In this document: positions 1 through 10,500 of the stretch, piece after piece
How the letters are laid out: every line of letters starts with the position of its first letter
Numbering within the stretch: position 1 is the stretch's first letter
Origin: Malacoraja senta
Taxonomy: Eukaryota
Direction: 5' to 3'
Length of the DNA stretch: 64,000 bases
Assembly: GCA_038087875.1 (NCBI GenBank)
Contig: CM075995.1
Span: 1,304,001-1,368,000, forward strand
The notes under the pieces: generated by a model
The model's database searches: none
What the model saw: the letters and a program-made list of their open reading frames with translations, nothing else
Told to the model about the DNA's origin: nothing
Made by a program: the position numbers and the translations under genes

Positions 1-478
1 GTCATAGATTAATGCAGTGTGGAAACAGGCCCTTCAGCCCAACTCGCCCACACCGGCGAACAATGTCCCAGCTACCCTAGTCCCACTTGGTCCATATCCC
101 TCCAAACCTGTCCTATCCATGTACCTGTCCAACTGTTTATTAAACGATGGGATAGTCCCAGCCTCAACTACCTCTTCTGGCAGCTTGTTCCATACACTGT
201 GTGAAAAAGTTACCTCTCGGATTCCTATTAAATCTTTTCCCCTTCACCTTGAACCTATGTACTCTGGACCTCGATTCCCCTACTCTGGGTAAAAGACACT
301 GTGCATCTACCCGATCAATCCCTCTCATGATTTTGTACACCTCTATAAGATCTCCCCTTATCCTCCTGCGCTCCATGGAATAGAGACCCAGCCTTTTCAA
401 CCTTTCTCTATAGCTCACACCCTCTAGTCCTGGCAACATCCTCATAAATCTTTTCTGAACCCTTTCAAGCTTGACAAT
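1..478 (-). mobile_element. CR1 (HER1-like) LINE 3' fragment
   Basis: Minus-strand ORF ...ERLKRLGLYSMERRRIRGDLIEVYKIMRGIDRVD... is the typical CR1 ORF2 C-terminus, followed by the GGGCTGAAGGGCCTGTTTCC 3' tail. Confidence 0.85.
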
Positions 479-1608
479 ATATGATCTATGTTCACATTCC
501 TGATGTGCTTTGAGCTTGCGCTGTTGACATTCTCAGTGGTGCATTTTTTTGGTTTCCTTTGGACAGAGTTCATTTGTGCAGAGATAGCCTCTGGTAGACA
601 AAATGGCCATGAACAAGACAGTTTGCTTGAAGGCGGCCAGAATTTAAACCTCTGTTGTATATATTTCAACATGTAGATCCTTTGCTTAAAGCTACTTGAT
701 CTTGCGTGTCCTTTGCTTCCATCCCTTGCTGAAGTAGTTGTTCAGGTCCTTTACTACTGGACCTGTCAACACACACCTGTCAGTCATCATCACACACAGA
801 AACATGCCCTTCGGCCCAACTTGCCCCTCCCGTCTAAGATTTCTCAGGAGTTTGGCCCATATCCCTCTACATCTTTCCTATTCATGTACCTGTCCAAATG
901 TCTTTTAAATATTGTAATAGTACTGGAATCGTGCGAAGATCTCAAAGTGCTGGAGTAACTCAGCAGATCAGGCAGCATCTCAACCTGACCCACTGCGTTA
1001 TTCCAGTACTACTACTTCTAGCTACTCTGTCAGTTTCATTTTTTTAAAGAAAAAGATTCACTCGAATTGTTAATCACCTGAGTTCGACACACAATGCTGG
1101 AGTAACTCAGCGGGACGGGCAGCATCTCTGGAGAGAAGGAATGGGTGACGTTTCGGGTCGAGACCTTTTTTGAAGGCCACAGTTTAAGAATAAGGGGTAA
1201 GCCATTTAGAACGGAGAGGAGGAAACACTTTTTCACACAGAGAGTGGTGAGTCTGTGGAATTCTCTGCCTCAGAGGGCGGTGGAGGCCGGTTCTCTGGAA
1301 ACTTTAAAGAGAGCTAGATAGGGCTCTTGAAGATAGCGGAGTCAGGGGATATGGGGAGAAGGCAGGAACGGGGTACTGATTGGGGATGATCAGCCGTGAT
1401 CACATTGAATGGCGGTGCTGCCTCGAAGTGCCGTATGGCCTACTCCTGCACTTCTTGTCTATTCAGACTTAATACACCTGGTTTGGTGGTGATTCGCTGG
1501 GTGAATAACTCATAGCTAGTATAATTGCATTGAAATGGAAGTGGCGTATGTTCTTGAAACAGTTAAAAGAAATGAGACTTGATTGTTTTAATTTGTCCTT
1601 TTTGACAG

Positions 1609-1883
1609 ATTCGGACATTTCAAATGGGACACAGCATGGAGACGATCCGGGCTCACAATTTTCTTACCTATCACCATTGAGCTCATTGAATAACCTTTTG
1701 CAGCAAACTGAAGATCAGATTTCAACGCCCATGGAAGAGGAAGGACTGTTTGTAAATTTGTCCCCGTCACTATCTCAGGAAGATTACCTGTTGAGCATTG
1801 GTGATAAAGCAGGAATCAGCGACCTGTTTGATTGTGATGTTGATAGGTTTTTCTCAGTGGAAGGTTTTTATGTAGGTAATTAA
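1609..1883 (+). CDS. E2F3: Last coding exon of E2F transcription factor 3 (transactivation / Rb-pocket-binding C-terminus)
   Basis: Polypyrimidine tract and AG acceptor (tttgtcctttttgacag) end at 1608. Translation ...[71 protein letters not shown] resembles the recalled human E2F3 C-terminus ([53 protein letters not shown]). CDKAL1 lies downstream, as in human. Confidence 0.93.
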
Positions 1884-2314
1884 GTGCCCTTCAATATTAC
1901 ATCATTGCCGGTGTGGACCTGAAAACTCGATACGAGGTTGGGTGCTGGTGAGTGAATGGAAATCTGCATCAGTTACAGAAATAGTAAAATAACTTTTTGC
2001 TGGTAAACCCACAACCGGATGTGTTGACCGTAAGTCTATATCGGCTACTGAAATGATTTACATTGGTATTTTATATAAATTATGTATAAGCATGAAATGA
2101 AACTTCACTATTGAGCATCATTTCTGTCTGGTGTGTTTTTCTTGTTTTTTTTGGCCTTGGACATACACAATGGAACTAACCATTCAAACATTTCAAATCC
2201 CGGTTAGCAATTTGACCAGTCTTCCAAGGTTGATTGATAAGTTGTGGAAATCCTTTTAATTGAGGTGTGCAAGAAAATAATCTGCGAGAAGGGGCTGTCA
2301 CTGTGCTGGCAATG

Positions 2315-2532
2315 GACACGAAAAGCTGGAGTAACTCAGCGGGTCAGACGGCATCTCTGGAGAAAAGGAACAGGTGACGTTTTGGGGTCGAGACCTTTCT
2401 TCAGACTGAAGGAATCTGAAGAAGGTTCTCGACCCGAAATGTTATCTCTTTTCTCTAGAGGTGAGTTTCTCCAGTATTTTGCATCTATCTTCAGTTAAAA
2501 CAAGCATCTGCAGTTCCTTCCTACACACCCCA
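2315..2532. mobile_element. Short palindromic Penelope-terminus-derived element
   Basis: Two inverted copies of the repeat found at the end of the Penelope element (35508-35630). Flanked by the direct repeat CTGGCAATG (2306-2314, 2533-2541). Confidence 0.7.
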
Positions 2533-2885
2533 CTGGCAATGCTTTGTCCTGTAGCTGTGCTTGAATGTACTGGTGTCAGTGTGTACATGGATTGGTAAAC
2601 CTGCTTTTATTCTGCGTCACCTTAGGGGGGGGGGGGGGGGAAATAAATCTTCAGATGGCAATGAACCAATTTTTTTTTTTAAATTGTGGGTTTGATTATT
2701 TTTAAATATTTAAAAAAAAACTGCAGTTACTGGAAACCTGGAATAAAAATACCAAACTGCTAGCAAAACTCAGCAGATCAGTTAGCACCTGTGGGGAGAA
2801 GAAAACGGTTGATGTTTTGGGTTGAAGACTTTCCGGCAGGTCAGGTATAGTTTCTTTAAAAGGCTGAAGACTTGAAGGGGTTGAG

Positions 2886-3050
2886 GGGCGGCGCAGCGGT
2901 AGAGTTGCTGCCTCGCAGCGGCAGAGATCTGGGTTCGACCCTGACCACGGGTACCGTCTGTACGGAGTTTGTACATTCTCCCCGTGACCTGCGTGGGTTT
3001 TCTCCGGGTGCTTCGGTTTCCTCCCACACACCAAAGACGTACAGGTTTGT
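2886..3050 (+). mobile_element. tRNA-derived V-SINE (HE1-like), 3' truncated
   Basis: A-box-like GGCGCAGCGGTAG, B-box-like GGTTCGACCC and the V-domain GGAGTTTGTACATTCTCCCCGTGACCTGCGTGGGTTTTCTCCGGG. Confidence 0.8.
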
Positions 3051-5324
3051 ACTCTTATCATGTTTGCGGTGCAACTGGCCAAGGAAGAGATAATTGAGAT
3101 AAACCCATCCCACTGAACTCAGCCGAGTGTCTTCCCCAGTCCAAGTGCATGGGAGTATTGCTGAATTTATAGATTGGATTTGACAAAGTGCTTAAAAATA
3201 GCTTGATGAGTAAAAACATCCTACTTCATAGACCCTGTAAATGTGTATATGCAATTTTCAATGTAGATATTGGAATCCTTGGACCAAAGACATGGTTGGT
3301 TAAGAGATCAGTCATCTTATTGCACTTGGAAAGGTTTTTGTAATTTAACCTGACCTCTGTTAACAGGAACCCTGTGCTGCAATAATTCTCCCAAGTCTTC
3401 AGCACCTTGATTTCAAGCTCGGAAGTTGACATGTAGACATGATATTGATCCAGCTAATCAAAATGACATTCCCCGGAGGAACAGGCCCTCATTCGAACAA
3501 TAAATGCAATTACTGCAGATGCTGACACCATGGGTGGTGGAGAAAATAAAGAGAATGGGCTCCCTGCTCTCTTGGGAAGAAGGGCAGTGACTAATGTAGA
3601 ACCAGGTCATGAAGACTACCTTTGAATGCAGTATATTTGACCTGCCATTTGTTAGCTGATGTCAGCTCGGTTGGGAGTGGTGCTATGGCTGTGGCTTTCC
3701 TCATGAAGGAGGGGATAGATCAACTGAGGGTCGACATGAGTGAACTACATTTTTATGTCTGATGGTCAAATTCATACACTACCTTGATGCTTGTATCGCA
3801 GCAGTTTGGGTGGGACAATGAGTCTCCAGCCCAATGAAGCTTAATGCAAAAGTTGCACATGCAAATAGATGCCTTCTGGACTGGACAACTGGAAGTCCAG
3901 TATGATATATGGACTTTGCCATTTGACAGAGTTGTTGGAGAAGGATATGAAGTTTGATGTTAGGAGTAAGAATGTGTTGTTTTTATTTGTGTACTTTTGG
4001 ATGTGGCTTTCTTCATGAAGGAGGGGAGAGATCAACTGAGTTGATCACATCCTGAAAGGAATTACTACAAATATCCCATGCCCTTGGATTGAGAGGGAAG
4101 CCATATTGAACACTATTTTCCTAAAACGTGGTCCTGATCCTACTGATCCCTAGCAGATTTTGCTTGTCTATTAATTTTGCATGTATTGAGTATTTCCATA
4201 TTTTTGTCAAATATTTTGAAGGAGACACCTTTTCCAAAGGAGGAAAAATAAATGAAGGAGACTTTTTTCCAAAGGAGGAAAAATAAACCACTTACCTTTG
4301 AGTTACAACTTTAACATCTTGACATCTATTGTTCGGTCTTATGGTATTCTTGTGCTCATCTTTGAAGCTATCAAATTGGCATGCTTTTCACTCTACCAAG
4401 AAGGGGAGTCTTACAGCATGGAAATAGCCCTTTGTCCCATTCACTTTGTGGCGTCCATCAAGCATCTTCTTGCTTTAATTCCATTTTATTTTTTCTGCAT
4501 TTTCATCATCTTACTTGCCGCAACATCTTCCCCACCACCATTTTTTTCCACTTGCATGCAGGCAAGACAATTTATGAAGTGTTAACCAGAAACAGCATGA
4601 AAACGGGTCCTTCAGCCCGATAAGTCCATGCCGACCATCAATCGCACATTCACATTTGTTCTTCTATTCCACTTTCTCACCCACTTCTTACGAAATAGGG
4701 CAATTTACAGTGGTCAATTAACCTACAAATGTATCTTTAGGATGTGGGAGGAAACTGAGGAAGCCCACACAGTGGCAGAGAGAACATGCAAACTCCACAC
4801 AGACAGCACCCAAGGTCTGGATTGAACTCTGTTCTGTGAAGCAGCAGCTCCTCTATCTCTTGATAAGCACACTTTTGCCTTTTGGGCAAATTTCACACAG
4901 ACAGCACTGGAAGTCAGGATTGAACCTGGGTCGCTGAGGCAGCTACTTTAGAATCTATGCCACTGCTTTGGCAGTAAAGTGTGCTGAACCTTCAGGGGAT
5001 GCCGATGCATTACATCTCTATCCCTGTGTCAACTGTTTACAATAAAGTAATACCAATGAATCACATCATTTGAATTTGAACATTTGAATTGTATTTAATG
5101 CTTTATAAAACCTAACCAAACGTTCCTCCATCTTCAATGCCTCTGCTGTGGAATAAAAGTCACGATGGTGCTGGCACACGGGCATTCTGTCTTTGAGTTT
5201 AACAATGTTAAAATGGTGTGTGTCCTTTTTCTGTCAATGTAGCTTCCTGCTTTCCTCACTCACTATCCATCCAGCCCCGCCCCCAACACCACTGCATCAG
5301 TTCACCAGCTTTGCATGCCCACAA

Positions 5325-5625
5325 GGCGGCACAATGGTGCAGCGGTAGAGTTGTTGCCTTACAGTGCCAGAGACCCTGGTTTGTCCTGACTATCTGTGAT
5401 GTCTGTAGAGTTTGTACCTGCTCCCTGTGGCCGCGTGGGTTTTCTCCGGGTGCTCCGGTTTCCTGCCACACCCCAAAGATGTGCAGGTTTATAGGTTGAT
5501 TGGCTTCAGTAAAATTGTAAATTGTCCCAAGTGTGTAGGATAGTCTGGGGTGATCGCCGGTCGGCGTGGACCCGGTGGGCCGAAGGGCCTGTTTCTGCGT
5601 TGGATCTCTAATCTAAACTACTAAA
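5325..5625 (+). mobile_element. Near full-length HE1-like V-SINE. Further copies at about 21320-21605(-), 22265-22530(-), 46975-47240(+), 49993-50260(+), 52186-52450(-), 55137-55447(-), 57625-57890(+), 62235-62600(-)
   Basis: tRNA head, V-domain and CR1-type tail GGGCCGAAGGGCCTGTTTC...(CTAAA)n. Confidence 0.8.
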
Positions 5626-7019
5626 GCTCCAAGGGTTTACTTCCTTCATGCCATGTTCTTTCTGAGGAAAGCCTTTGGCTGTTTACGATCTCATTGCAGT
5701 AGCTACATGTTCTTCTGCCTAGTACGTAATACAGTATTGGCTCAAGCAAACAGGGATATCCATTATGATTTATTTTTTGTGTGAATGGTTTGATGATTTG
5801 GACAATGTTATTGGTAAACACAAACTGGCGCAGGTTTAATTTTTTGTCCACTACCCACAAAAAAATCGATCTATTTAAAAATGTTAATCTTTACAGGCAT
5901 ATCCAAAAAATGTTTTGGGTTCTGATCCTTTCAGACATGTTCCAACATTCTTCCTTTTGAATAAAGGCCCATAACTTTGGCAACCTTGTTTTATGTTGTT
6001 GCATTTGAAGCTGTACAGTCAGAATCCGACGTCATTTAAGCTGTGTAAATGTGTACAGAAAGATCAGTGTAGGACGATGTAAAAAGGAACTAAAAGCATA
6101 AATGTCCAGCACTGACTCTTGTGAATAGAAATCATGAAAAAGAATGATCTAATATTCTATTTAATTACTTCAGTGGTATTCATTGTTCTGCCTCTTTGCA
6201 CATGTTTATTCACCACCAATGGATTTTCTGGATTTTTCCAAAGTTAAGGTGGTTGCTGCCACTTTGTACCCTTGTAAAGTTTGGGTCACCTACATTTGTA
6301 ACACATTTTTTCAAGAAAAGGTACCGATTTCACCTTTGAGATGGATGTTGGTTAAAAGATTTGTACATAACATTTATAAAGTGTGCATCACACGTTAAAC
6401 CTGCAAAATAGCAGCACAATTCTGCATTGTGGTCGTACATAGAACATGTTAAACTTTTTGAGCTTTGTGGAGAAGCTCCCCTTGAATTTCTAATGTTTAA
6501 ACTTAGATCAGTGTGAATAAAATATTTGAATTTAAATGATGTATTTCTCTGAATTTTGATTAAACATGCATGCATGTTGATGGGCAAAAGATAATTGGGG
6601 ACATCTTGGGGTGAGATTAATTTGGTGCATGTGCCTAACTTGCCTACAGTACTTGGGCACAATATAAAAAGCCAACATGCTGCTGCACCCGCTGAGTTTC
6701 TCCAGCATTTTTGTGTACCTTCGATTTTCCAGCATCTGCAGTTCCTTCTTTAACACATGGCGATTCCTTCGCTGAGTTACTCCAGCATTTTGTGTCGACG
6801 ATGATTCCTTCTTTGGTTGTGATAGTTCAAAGGTTTTGGAAAGATTTGGTGATTTTTGGCAAATATCCTGCTAAAATTACAGACTTCTTATCTTTTAAAT
6901 AACAGTCGGGACATTCTACAGCACCTTGCAAGAAATGGACTAATTTTGAAGTGCACGAATAAAATACGCAGGAGTATTCTGGGTGCGTTGTGATTCATCA
7001 GTGTAGTGGCTGATGCTTA

Positions 7020-7514
7020 AGGGCCTGTCCCACTTGGACGACCTAATCCACGAGTTTAGAAGGCCCTCGACGAGTTGAAAAAAATGTCAAGGTCGTGTTG
7101 ACTCGCCAAAGTAAAAGACCTCCTACGACTGCGACCTCCTACGGCCCCCCTCGACCTCAGTCTTCCACGCCTAAGACCAACTACGACTAGCTACGAGTGG
7201 AAAATGATCATATGATAAAATTATGTCATGTTTGCTTTTTTTTTCTCGGGCCAGTTACAGACCTACGACTACCATCACGACCTACCTACGAGTAAAAGTC
7301 CATTTTTTCCATGCTGACTTTTTCTTTTACTGGTGGCATTTTTTTACCAGGCTGGAAAAAACGCTGCGATCTACTTGAGGCCACGAGTACGCGGAAACCA
7401 CTCACGAGCACGAGGAAGACCTACGACCTCGTGGCGACCGTTCTGCGAGTATTGTGAGTCAAGGGCAAACTTGGCTGAGGTCGCCAATTAGGTCGTGAAA
7501 GTGGGACAGGGTCT
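7020..7514. mobile_element. Harbinger/PIF-like MITE
   Basis: TIRs AGGGCCTGTCCCACTT / AAGTGGGACAGGGTCT, flanked by TTA on both sides (7017-7019, 7515-7517). Internal CCTACGAC repeats. Confidence 0.75.
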
Positions 7515-10500
7515 TTAACTTGCCATATTTCAGCACAATTCCTTTACCCTTAGATGCTGATGGATTTCTGGAGATGCAAGGAAGTACAAATGCTGGAACT
7601 GTGAGCAAATAGCTGATGAGGAAGAGTGAAATGTAAAACTGGAGGAAGGGATATGGTGAGAGGGGATCCTCTTTCTTTATTTGACGCCCTTTTGGCTCCT
7701 TTGCAGCTCTGGCCTCTTGTCACTTCACCCATCTACCAATCACTGTATCCATCTATGACGTGCCTGTCTTTGCCCCATCTCCCCACTCTTGATCAGATGC
7801 CCCCCCACCCCAGAAGGATGGTCTCGATTCAACATCACCTGTCCATTTCCCTCCACAGGTGCTGCCTGACCTGCTCATTTACTCCAGCACTTTGTATTTT
7901 GCAATACATTTCTGAATATCGCTTTCAATAAACTTGAGTGAATCTCAAAGTCTTGTACCTTTTTATCCTGAGATTGCGACTTAGTTCTGGACTCCTTAGC
8001 CAGGGAACCTTGAAGCCCTAGAGGAATGTTGTTGACACAATGAGATCTCGTCTCATTATTCTAACCTGACATGTGAGTCTAATTTACTCAAATTCCCCTC
8101 ATGACAAAACTACCGCTCCTGGACCCAACATCTCAAATATTTATACTTCCTCTGTCACTTCTTGGGTAAGGAGATAATAATAAATGATAGTTTAGATGTT
8201 GGCTCACCAAGGTCTTGTTCAATTGCTGTATGACTTCCTTACCTCTGTATTCAAATCCTCTTGTCATGGTCACAGAGTGGAAACTGGCCCTTTGGCCCAA
8301 CTTGCCCATGCTGACCAACATGCCCCATCTACTCTAGTCCCGCATTCCTGCGTTTGGCCCATATCCCTCTAAACTTGTCATATCCATATGGCCAATTGTT
8401 TCTTAAACCTTGTGATACTACCAGCCTCAACTACCTCCTTCAGCAGCTTGTTCCATACACCTATGTGTAAAAGAATAAAGTTACCCTTCGGGTTCCTATT
8501 AAATCTATCCCCTCCCTCACCTTAAACAAATGCTCTCTGGTTTTTGATTCCACTGCTTTGGGCAAAAGACAGTATATTTACTTGATGTATCCCTCTCATG
8601 ATTTTGTACTCTTTGAAGATCCACCCTTCATCTTTCTGCGCTCCAAGGAATAAAATCCTAGCCTGCTCAACCTATAGCTCAGGCCCTCGTCCTGGTAACA
8701 TCCTCATAAATCTTATCAGTACCCTTTGTCCTGTTTTCACACCTTACACTTCCTTATCTATGTATATCCGTCTACACAGACATCAGTCTGAAGAAGGGTC
8801 TCGACCCGAAACGTCAACCATTCCTTCTCTCCAGAGATGCCGCCTGTCCCGCTGAGTTACTTCAGCTTTTTGTGTCTATCTCCCAACTTCTATACTCCAT
8901 ATTCTGACTGATGAAAGATTGACCACCCTATCTACCTGTGATGCCATTTTCAAGGAACTATGTACCTGCACTCCAAGGCCCCTTTCCTCTACAACACTCC
9001 CCGTCGCCTTCCATTCACTGTAGGTCCTGCCCATGTTAGATTCCCAAAGTTCAACACTTCACATTTCCCGATTAAATTCCATCAACCATTCCTCAGCCCA
9101 AATCTTGTAATAAAGGCTAACGTGCAATTTACTTTCCAGACACTTGTACCTGCACAAGCACGCAGGATTTTTGATATCAATGTTTCCTCATCCCGTAACT
9201 ATTTAAGAACAGAAAACTTGTCTCTTCTGTTTTGTGCATGACATTACTTTTCACAATATATTGATCAGTGCGGGTGTCGGGGATTATGGGGGAAAAGGCA
9301 GGAGAATGGGGTTAGGAGGGACAGATAGATCAGCCATGATTGAATGGAGTAGACTTGTTGGGCCGAATGGCCTAATTCTACTCCAATCACTTATGACCTT
9401 ATTGCCTAATGTGTTGGGATGGATACGAAAATGGGATAAAACAAGTTGTCGATGGTCGGTGTGAACTTGGTGGGCTGAGGGACCAATTCCCATTTGCTAT
9501 ATCTCTAAACTAAATCACCAGATAATTTGGTGAGTATTGAGATTTAAATAGTTTTTACGATGCATGAAGTAGACTATCCTTATGCCATTGCATTGGATAC
9601 CCTGCTCTGACAGTAAATGGGCTGTCGGTCTATATTTCATTGGTTGCTCTCCTGTGAACGAAGATGCGAGAATATAAACATTTGCTTTTAAACTTAAAAC
9701 AACAGGCTTTTGACAATGTGCGCTGGGATTTGGTTGTTCCACTTACAATTCATGGGGCGGAACAGTTGAGATGCTGCCTTACAGCGCTAGAGATCTGGGT
9801 TGGATCCTGACTACGGGTGTTGTGCGTATGGAGTTTGTATGTTCATCCTGTGATAGATTGGAAAGGTTTGGATGAACATGGGGCAAGCGCATTCAAGTGG
9901 AAATGTGGTCAGCATGGATGAATTGGCAGAAGTTTAGGTTTTCTTCCTTTATAGATCTATGACTCTGTGTGGCTGAAAGAACATCTCAGTGAAAGACGCA
10001 CTTTGATCTGCCTTAAGTTCATTGATCTTCCAAGAGACGTTCATGAGGGAATGCTGCCGACTGCCACAAAAGATGTCGACTATTTTCTAAATGGGGAAAT
10101 AATTCAGAAATCGGAGGTACATAGGGACTTTGGAGGGCTGGTGCAGAATTTCCAAAAATTTAATTTGCAATTCAAATCAGTAGTAAGGAAGGCGAATGCA
10201 AAGCCTGCATTTATTTTGAGAAGGCTAGAATACAAAAACGGATGTAATGCTGAGGCTTTAAGGCAAGAACGATTGGGTTAACATATGATGAGCATTTGAA
10301 GGCACTGGGCCTGTACTCACTGGATTTTAGAAGGATGAGGAGGGACCTCATTGAAGCTTAGCGAACAGTGAAAGGCCTGGATTGAGTGAATATGGAGAGG
10401 ATGTTTCCACTAGTGGGTAAAGTCTAGGACCAGAGGCCATCACCTCAGAATAAAAGGACGTACATTTATAAGGAGATGAGAGTGAATTTCTTTAGTCGGA

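Larger units (their letters stand above)
1884..6540 (+). other. E2F3: Probable E2F3 3'UTR (end uncertain)
   Basis: Follows the stop codon. Candidate AATAAA signals at 5041, 5152 and 6516. Pumilio element TGTACATA at 6362-6369. No transcript data, so the extent is inferred. Confidence 0.45.

Noticed and set aside
1530..1608. N-terminal part of the 117-aa ORF
   Set aside because: Intronic read-through upstream of the splice acceptor at 1608.
2886..2950. tRNA-like sequences at SINE heads
   Set aside because: Followed directly by V-domain bodies and no complete cloverleaf; these are SINEs, not tRNA genes.
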